NCBI RefSeq assembly: GCF_006345805.1
Contig: NC_043014.1
Location: forward strand, 43,152,001-43,216,000
From: Octopus sinensis
Lineage: Eukaryota
Reading direction: 5' to 3'
DNA: 64,000 nucleotides
The first letter of the stretch is position 1. Every line of letters starts with the position of its first letter. The translations under genes and the position numbers were made by a program. This document shows, piece after piece, positions 27,609-40,728 of this stretch. Below the pieces are notes generated by a model. It was not told the origin of the DNA. It made no database searches and was given only the letters and a program-made list of their open reading frames with translations.

Positions 27609-28690
27609 CAATAGATATACATAGTTTAACATTTTAGCATTTACACTGACCATATCCAACCCAAATATTCTGTTTTAAGCTTGAATCAACTAGATTCAGC
27701 CTCTCATGCCTACCCTACCATGTCATCTATATATATATTAAACAAAGGATGTCTGTGTGTGTGTGTATCAGTGTGTGTAATATGTATGCATTTCTACAGT
27801 TTTCAACCAATTTTCACCAAACTTTATACACACATTACTTATGTGTCAAGGAGCATCATGCAGTATAACTTTTTGCCCAGAGATCCTGTGTAATGTGAGA
27901 AATTGGGAAAAAATGTGTTTTACATGGGTTTTTCTCTAAAAACTGCAGTTTTCTCCCTTTTCTCATTCTCTGTTTGTCTTGCTTACATTTATTCTCTCTC
28001 GCCTTCTGTAACAGTTCCTCTCTTTTAGTTTGTCTCTATTTCCTTCTTTGTTTCTCCCTCTTTCTTTCTGTCTATCATTCTTTCTTTCTTTCGCCCTCTT
28101 TTTCATTCCTTCCTTCTTTCTTTCTTTCTTCCATCCTTCCATCCTTTTTTCTTTCTTTTGCCCTCTTTCTTTCTCTCTTTCTTACTCCCTCTTACTTAAT
28201 TTCTTTCTTTCTTTTTCCCTCTGTCTCTCCTTCCATCTTTCTTTCTTCCTTCCTTTCTTTCTTTCTTCCTTTCTTTCTCCCTCCCTCTTTCTTTCTGTTC
28301 GACTAAAGGTGGTGCTCCAGCATGGCCAGTCAAATGGCTGAAACAAGTAAACGAATAAAACACTATGCCATTTTAATCCCAAACAACACCAGGTGTCTCT
28401 GCTAGTCTTAAAAATAAAGCAATCACATGATCATAATGTTGAAGCTACATGGTAAATGCATGGTAAATTCAAAGCAATGTGAATAAGCATTACATTTGAC
28501 ACAACAATTTGAATGGTCAAAGGCTAAACAGATGACCAGTGAGCAGCTGACAAAAGTGTTACAGAGTGAAGCTCAGATGCCCTCAGTTTTGTTTTTGTGT
28601 TTTGATGATTTCAGATTTGCAGTTCCTCCAACACAAATCATTGTTGACATTAAGGCCTTGTTCATGTTCACATACAAACTTTTGAAGGTT

Positions 28691-30366
28691 GGATGAGGAC
28701 AGCTGTGTGTGGATGAGAACAGCTGTGTGTGTGGATGAGGACAGCTGTGTGTGTGGATGAGGACAGGTGTTGTGGAAGAGAACAGCTGTGTGGATGAGGA
28801 CAGCTGTGTGTGGATGAGGACAGGTGTTGTGGAAGAGAACAGCTGTGTGGATGAGGACAGCTGTGTGTGGATGAGAACAGCTGTGTGTGTGGATGAGGAC
28901 AGGTGTTGTGGAAGAGAACAGCTGTGTGGATGAGGACAGCTGTGTGTGGATGAGGACAGGTGTTGTGGAAGAGAACAGCTGTGTGGATGAGGACAGCTGT
29001 GTGTGGATGAGAACAGCTGTGTGTGTGGATGAGGACAGGTGTTGTGGAAGAGAACAGCTGTGTGGATGAGGACAGCTGTGTGGATGAGGACAGCTGTGTG
29101 TGGATGAGGACAGGTGTTGTGGAAGAGAACAGCTGTGTGGATGAGGACAGCTGTGTGTGGATGAGAACAGCTGTGTGTGTGGATGAGGACAGGTGTTGTG
29201 GAAGAGAACAGCTGTGTGGATGAGGACAGCTGGTGTGGATGAGGACAGGTGTTGTGGAAGAGAACAGCTGTGTGGATGAGGACAGCTGTGTGTGGATGAG
29301 GAACAGCTGTGTGTGGATGAGGACAGGTGTTGTGGAAGAGAACAGCTGTGTGGATGAGGACAGCTGTGGTGTGGATGAGGACAGCTGTGTGTGGATGAGG
29401 ACAGCGGTGTGGATGAGGACAGCTGTGTGTAGATAAGGACAGTTGTGTGGGATGGGTACAGCTGTGTGTGGATGAGGACAGCTGTGTGCAGATGAAGACA
29501 GTTGTGTGTGGATGAGGACAGCTGTGTGTAGATGAAGACAGTTGTGTGTGGATGAGGATAGTTGTGTGTGAATGAGGACAGCTGTGTGTGGATGAGAACA
29601 GCTGTGTGTGTGGATGAGAACAGCTGTGTGTGTGGATGAGGACAGCTGTGTGTGGATGAGAACAGCTGTGTGTGTGGATGAGGACAGGTGTTGTGGAAGA
29701 GAACAGCTGTGTGGATGAGGACAGCTGTGTGTGGATGAGGACAGCTGTGTGTGGATGAGGACAGCTGTGTGTGGATGAGGACAGCTGTGTGTAGATAAGG
29801 ACAGTTGTGTGTGGATGGGTACAGCTGTATGTGGATGAGGACAGCTGTGTGCAGATGAAGACAGTTGTGTGTGGATGAGGACAGCTGTGTGTAGATGAAG
29901 ACAGTTGTGTGTGGATGAGGACAGTTGTGTGTGAATGAGGACAGCTGTGTGTAGATGAGGACAGTTGTGTTTGGATGATGACAGCTGTGTGTGGATGAGG
30001 ACAGTTGTGTGTGAATGAGGACAGGTGTTGTGGATGAGGACAGCTGTGTGTGGATGAGAACAGCTGTGTGTGGATGAGGACAGCTGTGTGTGGATGAGGA
30101 CAGCTGTGTGCAGATGAAGACAGTTGTGTGTGGATGAGAACAGCTGTGTGCAGATGAAGACAGTTGTGTGTGGATGAGGATAGCTGTGTGTGGATGAGGA
30201 CAGCTGTGTGCAGATGAAGACAGTTGTGTGTGGATGAGAACAGCTGTGTGTGGATGAGGACAGCTGTGTGCAGATGAAGACAGTTGTGTGTGAATGAGAA
30301 CAGCTGTGTGTGGATGAGGACAGCTGTATGTGGATGAGGACAGGTGTGTGTAGATAAGGACAGCTG
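28691..30366. repeat. ~20-bp minisatellite (GTGTGGATGAGGACAGCTGT)n
   Basis: About 1.7 kb of variant 18-22-bp units; source of the spurious 598-aa ORF. Confidence 0.95.
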
Positions 30367-30894
30367 CATAAATAAGTGCAGAGCTCTAATTGTGGAGGCT
30401 ACCTATTGAAGGGATAGACCCAGGAAGTCATGGGACAATTGGTGAGAAAGGATCTTTGGATGCTGGACCTTACTGAGGAAATGACAAGGGACCAGGAGAT
30501 GTGGCAATATGCTGTATTTGTCAAGCTAAGTCAAATCGCTGTCTTCCACATGTACAGGCCTGTCCCTTAAAGAGCTGTCTCCATTTAAAAAGCACCCATG
30601 CTGGTGCTGCATTATTGTGCTTGTGCCAGAGCTGTGTAAGTGCCCATGTGCCAGTGGCACATAAAACGCACCCAGCACACTCTGTAAAGTAGTTGGCATT
30701 AGGAAGGGCATCCAGTCGTGGAAACCATTCCACAACAGACAGACACCTGGAGTCTGGACAGCTCCCCAGGTGGCCGACCGTCCAACCCATGCCACGGTGT
30801 CAAACCGTCCAACCCATACCAGCATAGAAAACAGACGTTAAACGACCATGATGATGATGTTGTGGATGGAGTAGGCAAATTCTGAAATTTTTCA

Positions 30895-31160
30895 TCTTCC
30901 AAAATGCGTAGTTGTACTCTTTCTGCAGCCAGCTTAGTTTCCAGTCAGTAATTCAGAACTGTATTGTGTCCAGGTCAGATTACAGGAAAGATCTGCAGTG
31001 TATAGGACCCATACTGTTTATCTCAAGACAGAGCTGTATGTCGTATGCATATTTGGCTTCCATGTGGCTTCTATTTCGTGAATATATGCAACAAACAATG
31101 GGGGTCCAAGATCAGATCTCTGCAGGGGACACCAGATATCATTGCATATCATGCACAATG
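30895..31160 (-). mobile_element. degenerate CR1-group reverse transcriptase core
   Basis: Frameshifted minus reading SGVP..SDLGPPLFVAYIHE / AKYAYDIQL / SDLDTIQF*ITDWKL, corresponding to the GVPQGSxLGPxLF, YADD and LQxDL motifs. Confidence 0.65.
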
Positions 31161-31859
31161 TTGTTCTCATACCACGACTTCCTCTTTCTCACTGAGAATG
31201 GAAAATGTTACCACCACCACCAACACCACCACCATCACCACCACCTCCACTACCACCAACACCAACACCACCACCACCACCACCACCACCACCACCACCA
31301 CCAATACCACTAACTCCACCACATCACCACCACCACCACCTCCACTACCACCACCACCAACACCAACACCAACATCAACACCTCCACCACAACCATCTCC
31401 ACCACCACCACCACCACCTCCACCACTCAATAGCTTCTACCCCTGTTGCAACATCTGTTAATACCAAGCGAATTGATGATGATGATGGTGGTAGTGGCGG
31501 TAGCAGTGGTGGTGGTGGTGGTGGTGGTGGTAGTAGTTGTGATGGGGATAATGATGATAATAATCATCATCATCATCGCCATCATCATTGTCATCATCAT
31601 CACCATCATCATCTTGCACTGGTGGCCAGTTAATTAAAACGATATTACTAAGTTTCGTAATACTATAAGGTCCTTATTTAAAATTTAATTATTTTTTTAA
31701 AAAGTCACATGCTATATTTAATTTAATTTAATAAGTGAAGTAAAATTGATACGGTTTTGTACTACATATGAAGTCCAGATTTTCAATTCATACATTTAAT
31801 ACTTTGTATAAGTTTTATATATGTGTATATGCATGTGCGTGTGTGTGTGTGTGTTTATG

Positions 31860-31894
<35 letters not shown>

Positions 31895-31900
<6 letters not shown>

Positions 31901-32537
31901 TAGTTATCGCCATACTAATATGGCATTCTTATAAAAATAAGAATAAAGCTGTCCGCTTATTAGCTCCATGAGGCCATCGCCTTAAGTTAGCTATTTGATA
32001 CACAAACTGTATCCATATAACCTCCGAACAAGGAAGGTCAGTCACTCCACACTACTTGACCGGCAGCTACAGACGCGTTTCGGGGTATGCCCCTTTTCAT
32101 CATGCATCGTAGCCAGCCAGTAGGTGTCGCTTCCAACAATCTCTGTTCGATGGTTTTATTTACCTAGCTTCGGTGGAATACATCCACTTGTTTTCAATAT
32201 AGAAATATTAAATTACTAAGTCTCTCTATAAGAGAACAACGGCAGCGTTCCTGGAAATAATAGTTATCGCCATACTAATATGGCATTCTTAAAAAAATAA
32301 GAAAAAAGCTGTCCGCTTGTTAGCTCCATGAGGCCATCGCCTTAAGTTAGCTATTTGATACACAAACTGTATCCATATAACCTTCGAACAAGGGAGGTCA
32401 GTCGCTCCACACTACTTGACGGCAGCTACAGACGCGTTCGGAGTATTGCCCCTTTTCAATGGCGATAATATTATTTTCCGGGAACGCTGCCGCTGTTCTC
32501 TTTATAGAGAACTTAGTTATTTTAATATTTCTATTAT
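31895..32537 (-). mobile_element. second locus of the 363-bp hammerhead repeat (~1.6 units plus terminal inversion), between (TA)n tracts
   Basis: Same sequence as 18141-19784; 32461-32537 is inverted. Confidence 0.85.
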
Positions 32538-33569
32538 ATATATATATATATATATACAAGTATCTACAAACATATATGTATGTAATGTATAATATATATA
32601 TATATAATATATATATATATAAATATTTAACTATATTTTAATATACTTGTATTAATATTTATTAATATCATAACTTTAAGTTCAGTTTAATAAGAGAAGT
32701 AAAACTAATTCAGTACATCTAAACAGTTTATATATTGTACGCACAGTATTATATACGCAAAAACATGCAGCCTACTCGTGAGGGTGTTCTGCTCACAATT
32801 ATAAGATCCTGTTTCGATTCCTGAATTGAGCAATACATTGTGTTTTTAAGCAAAACACTTTATTTTATATAGCTCTGTAGTCCTTTTGGCTTCTGGTATG
32901 TCATACACTATGACTCTGTTCTGGTAATGTCAATTTGAAGGAGAAAGTGAGCAAATGTATTGCACAAAAATGTGATCATTAGAAACAAATTATTTGTGCA
33001 GGTAATTCAGTAAGACATTGCAGCATCCTCATCTGTTTCCACCTGAAGAATCCATAGTATATATGTATATATATCATCATCATCCTCATCATCGTTTAAC
33101 GTCCGCTTTCCATGCTAGCATGGGTTGGACGATTTTTGACTGAGGGCTGGCGAACCAGATGGCTGCACCAGGCTCCAGTCTTGATCTGGCAGAGTTTCAA
33201 CAGCTGGATGCCCTTCCTAATGCCAACCACTCCGAGAGTGTAGTGGGTGATTTTACATGCCACCGGCACAGGGCCAGTCAGGCAGTACTGGCAACGACCT
33301 CACTCGAATCTTTTTACACGTGCCACCAGCACAGGTGCCAGTGAAGCGTCATTGGTAACAGAAACGAGTGTAACTAATCATTAAAGATGTGTTAAAGTAT
33401 TTCATTCTCTTATTACTTAGACTGAGTGTGTGTGTGTATCTGTCTTTCCCCATCACTTGACAATAAGATTTGGTATGCTTACATCCTTGTAACTCAGCAG
33501 TTATATCCTTCTAACTCAAAAATGAGAGATCGTTCATCATTGTTATTAGCAATATCAAAAACAGCTTCT

Positions 33570-34060
33570 CCTTCATCTATTTTCTTCTTCTTCTCTTTCT
33601 CCTTTTTCTTATTTTCTTTTTCCTTCTCCTCCTTCTCCTCCTCATCATCACCATCATCATGGTCCTGATCATCAGCATTATCATTATCATCATCCTTCTT
33701 GCATTAGTTGTTGTCCTTCCTCTTCAACCTAGTCTCCTTCTTCTTATCCTCCTTCTCTTCTTCCTTCTTCTCCTCTCTTTCTTCCTCTTCCCCCTTCTCC
33801 TTCTTTTCCTTCCTCTTCCTCTTCTCCTTCTCCTCCTCCTCCCTTTCTTTTTTTCATCTTCTTCCCTTTCCTTCTTCTTCTTCCCCTTCTTCTTTTCCTC
33901 CTCCTCATCATCACCATCATCCTCCTCATCATCATCATCCTTCTTTTTTAGTTGTTGTTGTTCTTCCTCTTCTTCTTCTTCCTCCTCCTCCTCCTCTCCT
34001 CTCTTCTTCATCCTCCTCCCCTTCTTCTTCTCCTCCCACTAAGAACATTCCGCCCCCGCC
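33570..34060. repeat. polypyrimidine (CTT/CCT)n tract
   Basis: Direct inspection. Confidence 0.9.
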
Positions 34061-34464
34061 CCCCCCCCACCTCCATATTTCCTGATTATCATAAGACCAA
34101 CAGCATAGGTGCCAACGCTTTTTGAGATCAAAGTATGACTGAACTCGCATTCTCAGACAAAGAGTGTAACTCCATTATTTTGCTTGCAACAGATAAACAC
34201 CTTTCATAGAACAAAATAAATCCCAGAGACCTGCATCGAATTTCATGCTTGAACGGTCTCAGAACAAACAATCTGAGAACAGCCTGTCGTACTTCTTCTC
34301 TCTTCTTTCTTAATAACCGTTATTTATATTTATATATCATCATCATCATCATCATCATCATAATCATCATCATAATCATCATCATAATCATCATCGTCGT
34401 CATTTAACATCCGCGTTCCATGCTGGCATGGGTTGGATGGTCTCACTGAGGACTGGCAATGTAT

Positions 34465-34950
34465 ATACGTATGTGTGTGTGTGTGTATGTGTGTATGTAT
34501 GTATGAATGTATGTATGTATGTTTGTATTATGCATATATGTATGTATGTATGAATGTATGTATGTATGTGTGTGTGTGTATGTTTGTATGTATGTATGTA
34601 TGTATGTATGTATGTATGTATTATGAATGTATGTATGTATGTATGTATGTATGTGTGTATGTATGTATGTATGTATGTATGTATGTATGTATTGTATGTA
34701 TGTATGTATGTTTGTATTATGAATGTATGTATGTATGTATGTATGTATGTATGTATGTATGTATGTATGTATGTTTGTATGTAGGTAGGTATGTATGTAT
34801 GTATGTATGTATGTTTGTATGTGTGTATGTATGTATGTATGTATGTATGTGTGCATGTATGTATCTATGAATGTATATATGTATGTTTGTATTACGTATG
34901 TATGTATGTATGTATGTAGTATGTATGTATGTATGTATGTATGTATGTAT
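34465..34950. repeat. (TATG)n microsatellite
   Basis: Direct inspection. Confidence 0.95.
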
Positions 34951-35111
34951 ATGTGGGTGTGTGGTAAGGTTCAATTCCACTGCTTGGCACCTTGGACAAG
35001 TGTCTTCTGACTGTCAGTATATATTTACCATATGAATCTATTGCTGATTCAGCAAAATAGTAATGTGAAAATTATAAAATGCATAATATATATGTATGTG
35101 TATATATATAA

Positions 35112-35545
35112 GCGTAGGAGTAGCTGTGTGATAAGTAGCTTGCTTACGAACCACATGGTTCCGGGTTAAGACCCACTGTGTGGAACCTTGGGCAAGTATC
35201 TTCTACTATATGCTCGGGCCAACCAAAGCCTTGTGAGTGGATTTCGTAGACGGAAACTGAAAGAAGCCCATCGTATATATGTATATGTGTGTGTGTGTGT
35301 GCGTGCGTGCATGTGTGTGTGTGTGTGTGTGTGTTGTGTGTCTGTGTTTGCCCCCCCAACATTGCTTGACAACCAATGCTGGTGTATTTATGTACTGTAA
35401 CTTAGTGGTTCAGCAAAAGAGACCGATATAATAAGTACTAGGCTTACAAAGAATAAGTCATAGGGTCGATTTTCTTGACTAAAAGGTGGTACTCCAGCAT
35501 GGCCACAGTCAAAATGACTGAATCAAGTAAAAGAGTAAAGAGTAT
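35112..35545 (+). mobile_element. SINE family A
   Basis: Complete copy with an (AAAAGAGT)n-like tail. Confidence 0.9.
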
Positions 35546-35911
35546 ATAAACATACTCATATATATATATACTTATTCACATGCACAAAACACACCCATGT
35601 ATACACACACAGGTACATACATAGAAATACACACACACACGTGCGTGCACACACACAGATATATTTCTATATATTGTCATATTTGGGAAGGGTCCTTTTT
35701 TTATTTACCCCACGCACTATATACTCATTCTTCCCTCCGGCTTTATCATTATTATTTTATTTTCGTGTCCTCAGTCAGAAATCTTTTGTCACACATCTTT
35801 GTACCTCTTCAGTGACTCTCTATTTCACAATGTTGCCTTCTGTTCTGTTTAGTGCATTCTGTCTTTCCTTATCTGCACATGTGTTTGCATCTGTATCTGT
35901 GTGTATATGTG

Positions 35912-35954
<43 letters not shown>

Positions 35955-36174
35955 TGTGTGTGTGTGTGCATGTTTGTACACATGTCTATGTATTTAGTAT
36001 CTGTTTTATTAATACAAAACAATAAGAGAGGGTCCACTATGTGAACACTCTAATGCTAGATATAGATCCGCAAAGGGAATCCACCACCAAGGAAATGTTT
36101 GTACAAATATAAGGGTTTGTTTACTACACTGTTTGTACCCATTTTATATTTGGTTGTTTTCTTTCGTGTTTATT

Positions 36175-36385
36175 TGAGCTGGCAGAACCGTTAGCACGCC
36201 GGGCAAAATGCATAGCCGTTATGTTCTGAGTTCAAATTCCGCCGAGGTCGACTTTGCCTTTCATCCTTTTGGGGTCAATAAATTAAGTGCCAGTTACGCA
36301 CTGGGGTCGATGTAATCGACTTAATCCGTTTGTCTGTCCTTGTTTGTCCCCTCTATGTTCAGCCCCTTGTGGGTAATAAAGAAAC
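36175..36385 (+). mobile_element. SINE family B
   Basis: Head, body and tail present. Confidence 0.85.
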
Positions 36386-36559
36386 ATATTTTCTTATTTA
36401 TTTCTTTATTTTCCCCCATTTCATTTTAAGTATGTGTATGCGTGTCTTATGGGTGTGTGCATATAGGCTTAAGTACCATAGTGTTCACATCTATCTTTTT
36501 TTCTTTCTTCTCTCATTCTGTCTTTAGTTGTCATGATGCATAGTGTGGTGGAGGGGTGT

Positions 36560-36900
36560 TAGTGTTCCATTCATGTTTTCTTTTGTGAGGTTCGGCCTTT
36601 TTATTACTATATGTGTGATCTCTAATCATGTTTAAGTGTCTTGTCTGTCAAATGTGTTGATATCTTAACATCTAAGTTGTTAACCGAGCCTCTATATTCA
36701 AATTAGCATCTTGGCAGTGCACTGATTAGCTTTTCTGCTCATTGTGCTCTCCCCAGTGTTCACCTATCCATTCTCCTATGCTAGGCACTGTCTGTTCTTG
36801 TCCTGTTTCTGCACTGTCTCTCAGTACACCATATGCTATAGCCTACATTCCTAATCTTACAGTTAACCTGTAGGTTTACCCTACATACTCTACAGTTGTT
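36560..36900 (-). mobile_element. degenerate Penelope-like GIY-YIG endonuclease C-terminus
   Basis: Minus reading NCRVCRVNLQVNCKIRNVGYSIWCTERQC..., a frameshifted IGE, and later EITHIVIKRPNL. This resembles C..C...NC...NVVY.I.C..C...YIGET and E..HI....P.LN. Confidence 0.45.
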
Positions 36901-37134
36901 ATCCATTCATGGGACCCTTCATATGGATATGTTCTACAGATCAGGGATTTCATGGGGGTTCTTAGACTTCCTACTACTTTAATCTATAGATTCATCTTAT
37001 CTAAGGCTTTAATAAAGATGTATGCTAGTTCGCCACCATCAATGAATATAACACTCTGGTATTTTTGGTGATCATATCATAAGTTGGCCTTATTTATCTT
37101 CTTCTTGGTCCTTTCTATCCTATCCCAGGATTTA

Positions 37135-37172
<38 letters not shown>

Positions 37173-37270
37173 TGTATATGTATATATGTATATGTATATA
37201 TGTGTGTATATATATATGTTGATAGATAGATAGATAGATAGGTAGGTAGATATAAATACATACATATATA

Positions 37271-37314
<44 letters not shown>

Positions 37315-37320
37315 ATATAT

Positions 37321-37352
<32 letters not shown>

Positions 37353-37366
37353 ATAGATAGATAGAT

Positions 37367-37437
<71 letters not shown>

Positions 37438-37548
37438 TAAATAGAGATAAATAAATGTATATATCATATGCACAGAAAGTTATACACATATCTATATATA
37501 TATATATATATACACAGACACAATCAGACACATACACACACACAGATA

Positions 37549-37579
<31 letters not shown>

Positions 37580-38024
37580 TATATAACACATTTAATATAA
37601 ACAGCTTGTATTTAATATATTTTATATGTTACAAGGTGAGAGACCTCACTACACCAAAGTAGGGATAATAATATACTTATAACTATAAATATTCAAATAT
37701 CTTGCTTTGTAACATAAAATATATTAAATATATGCTATTTATATTAAATGTATTTTATATATTGCTTTCTGGTATTCTGGATTGAGTTCTCTTATATGTA
37801 TAAAAACATTAAAATATACATAAGCACCAATCATAATTTTAAAACAGTTTCGTGTATTTATTTATTTATTTATTTGAATATTTATTTACAATGCCTGCCG
37901 AAGATTTTCATGTGATGGTGTTTCACTCAAAACTCATTTTCTAGTTATAATGTATCCAATCTTCATTGGAAATTCTATGAAAATGGTATCTTCTGGATGT
38001 TGAATAATTTTGTCTCTGAATTAG

Positions 38025-38605
38025 GTGCAGGTGTGGATGTGTGGTAAGAAGGCGGTGAGCTGGTAGAAATGTTAGCACGCTGTGTGAAATGCTTAGCGGC
38101 ATTTTGTCTGCTGTTCCGTTCTGAGTTCAAATTCTGCCGAGGTCAACTTTACCTTTCATCCTTTCGGGGTCGATTAAATAAGTACCAGTTATGCACTTGG
38201 GTCATTGTAATCGACTTAATCCGTTTGTCTGTCCTTGTTTGTCCTCTCTGTGTTTAGCCCCTTGTGGGTAGTAAAGAAATAGGTATTTCTTCTGCTGTTA
38301 TGCTCTGAGTTCAAGTTCCGCTGAGGTCGACTTTGCCTTTCATCCTTTCAGGGTTGATCAATTAAGTACCAGTTATGCACTGGGGTCGATGTAATCTACT
38401 TAATCTCTTTGTCTGTCCTTGTTTGTCCCCTCTATGTTTAGTCCCTTGTGGGTAATAAAGAAATAAGAAGTCTGCTTCCAATCCACATGTTACCGGGTTC
38501 AGTCCCACTGTTTGGCACCTTGGGTGAGTGGCTCCTATTTTTGTGTTGGGCCGATCAAAGCCTTGTGAGTGGATTTGGTAGATGGAAACTAAAAGAAGCC
38601 CTTCA
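38025..38605 (+). mobile_element. SINE A head interrupted by a SINE B dimer (38052-38463) with a 7-bp TSD
   Basis: TAAGAAG at 38045-38051 and 38464-38470 flanks two tandem B copies, and the A head resumes afterwards. Confidence 0.85.
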
Positions 38606-38619
38606 CATATAATATATAT

Positions 38620-39045
38620 ATCACCTTAATCACCTTGACCGACCAGTCCATTAGGCGTCCATTTGACACCATTGGTCACAGCACACTGTCCACTCCTCTC
38701 TGGATGGCGCCTTCCTCATCCACGTGATCCCAATCACCCTCCTAAAACTGTAACTCTACCTTCTGCCTTCCGAGTGGTCGTTTCCACTTGCACAGGTACC
38801 ACCTGACAACTGCACAGGTGCACTGATTATCTGTGAGCCGGGCGACGTGTCCAGCTCATCTAAACTTGCTGCGTGTATATTCTACAATGACATCCCTCAC
38901 ACCAGACTTCTCTCTGATGACCTCGCTACCAAAGTGCTCTCTCAACAAGATTCCAAGTATTGACCTCTCCATGGCTCTTTGAGCCGTTACCAATCTCTGC
39001 TCTTCTCTCTTTGTTGTAGCCCATGTTTCACTACCATATAACATT
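38620..39045 (-). mobile_element. RTE-clade LINE 3' end
   Basis: LYGSETWATTKREEQRLVTAQRAMERSILG...*AGHVAR...KRPLGR, with a short AAGGTGAT repeat tail. Confidence 0.85.
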
Positions 39046-39099
39046 ATAACATTATATTATATCATATATAAATATATATATATAATATATATACATACA

Positions 39100-39333
39100 A
39101 AAGGCGGCGAGCTGGCAGAAACGTTAGCACGCCGGGCGAAATGCTTAGCGGTATTTCGTCTGCCGCTACGTTGTGAGTTCAAATTCCGCCGAGGTCAACT
39201 TTGCCTTTCATCCTTTCGGGGTCGATAAATTAAGTACCAGTTACGCACTGGGGTCAATGTAATCGACTTAATCCCTTTGTCTGACCTTGTTTGTCCCGTC
39301 TATGTTTAGCCCCTTGTGGGTAGTAAAGAAAAA
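39100..39333 (+). mobile_element. SINE family B, young full-length copy
   Basis: AAGGCGGCGAGCTGGCAGAAACGTTAGC...GTAGTAAAGAAA, inserted in a TA/TACA tract. Confidence 0.9.
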
Positions 39334-39401
39334 TACATACATACATACATACATACATACATACATGCATGCATACATACATACATACATACATACATAC
39401 A

Positions 39402-39434
<33 letters not shown>

Positions 39435-40623
39435 GTATGTATGTATGTATGTATGTGGGCCACACTGAGGAAATGACAAGGGAGATGGGGATGTGGTGAT
39501 TTGCTGTTCTTGATAAAATGTGTCAAACTAAGTAAAATCATTGTCTTCCACATGTACAGGTTTGTCCTTTCAGGTGCTGGTGCCACTTAAAAGGCACCTG
39601 TGCCAGAGCTGCATTAATGCACCTGTGCTGGAGCTGTGTTAACGCACCCATGCCAATGCTGCATGAACTCATGCTGGTCGCACGTAAAAAGCACCCACCA
39701 CCCTCTGTTAAGTTGTTGGCATTAGGAAGGGCACCCAATCGTAGAAACCATATCAAAACTAACATGCAACATGGTGTCTCCCTGCAGCTCATCTGATCCT
39801 GTCAAACCAACCAGTCCATGCCAGCATGGAAAATGAACATTCCATAATGATGAAGGTTTAATTCTCACTGAAGATTCTATCTGAAGATGAAACTATTTTA
39901 AACCCAGGAATAAAGATGCTATGTTTCTCTCAAAGCAAAGTTGCTCATCTTAATGTATCAACAGTGAATGAAAATTCTGTGGAACCGGAATCTTCCAAAA
40001 GGTTGGAAAATTTAGGGTTTTGGAAAATGTCAACCTCACTCAAGTCTTCAACAAGCATGGTGTGGTAAGAAATTTGCTTTCCCTCCGCATGGTCCTTTTT
40101 CAAGGAATGGGTTAGAACCCTATAAATTTATATAGATGGAGGCATGGCTGTGTGGTAATAAGTTTGTTTCCTAATGACATGGTTCCAGTTTCAGTCCCAC
40201 TGCGTGGCACCTTAAGCAAATGTCCTCTACTATAGCATCGGGCTGACCAAACCCTTGAGAGTGGATTTGGTAGATGGAAACTGAAAGAAGCCTATTGTAT
40301 ATTTATCATAATCGTTGTGGAAGAAAGTGCCAATGGCATGGATTTGTTTAAGATGCACCTCAACTTTCCAGGAAGTGACCCACACACTTGATTTCATGCC
40401 CTTCCTCTGCAGCACATATGGAATGGGACATGCAGGATCCAGTTATAAAGCTGCAACAGATTGCAGCTGACCCAGTTATAGTTTTGAATGGTACCTTCTG
40501 TAACATGTCCGTCATGCATAAGCTTCTTCATATATGAAAATACGTTGTCTATTGTCTGTATTACGCATGCTAGCCACTGGTTTGAAAATTTTTCTAAATT
40601 TTCTACTCTTATTATTTTCACAG

Positions 40624-40699
<76 letters not shown>

Positions 40700-40728
40700 C
40701 AAATAGATAGATAGATAGATAGATAGAT

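Noticed and set aside
28573-30369. 598-aa ORF
   Set aside because: It is a translation of a 20-bp minisatellite; the unit is not a multiple of 3 and simply lacks stops on that strand.
39867-39900. CTGAAGA...GAAA hammerhead candidate
   Set aside because: No convincing helix I, II or III pairing.
40400-40580. Exon-like segments on both strands
   Set aside because: Equally plausible splice and ORF readings on + and - strands, with no homology to decide between them.
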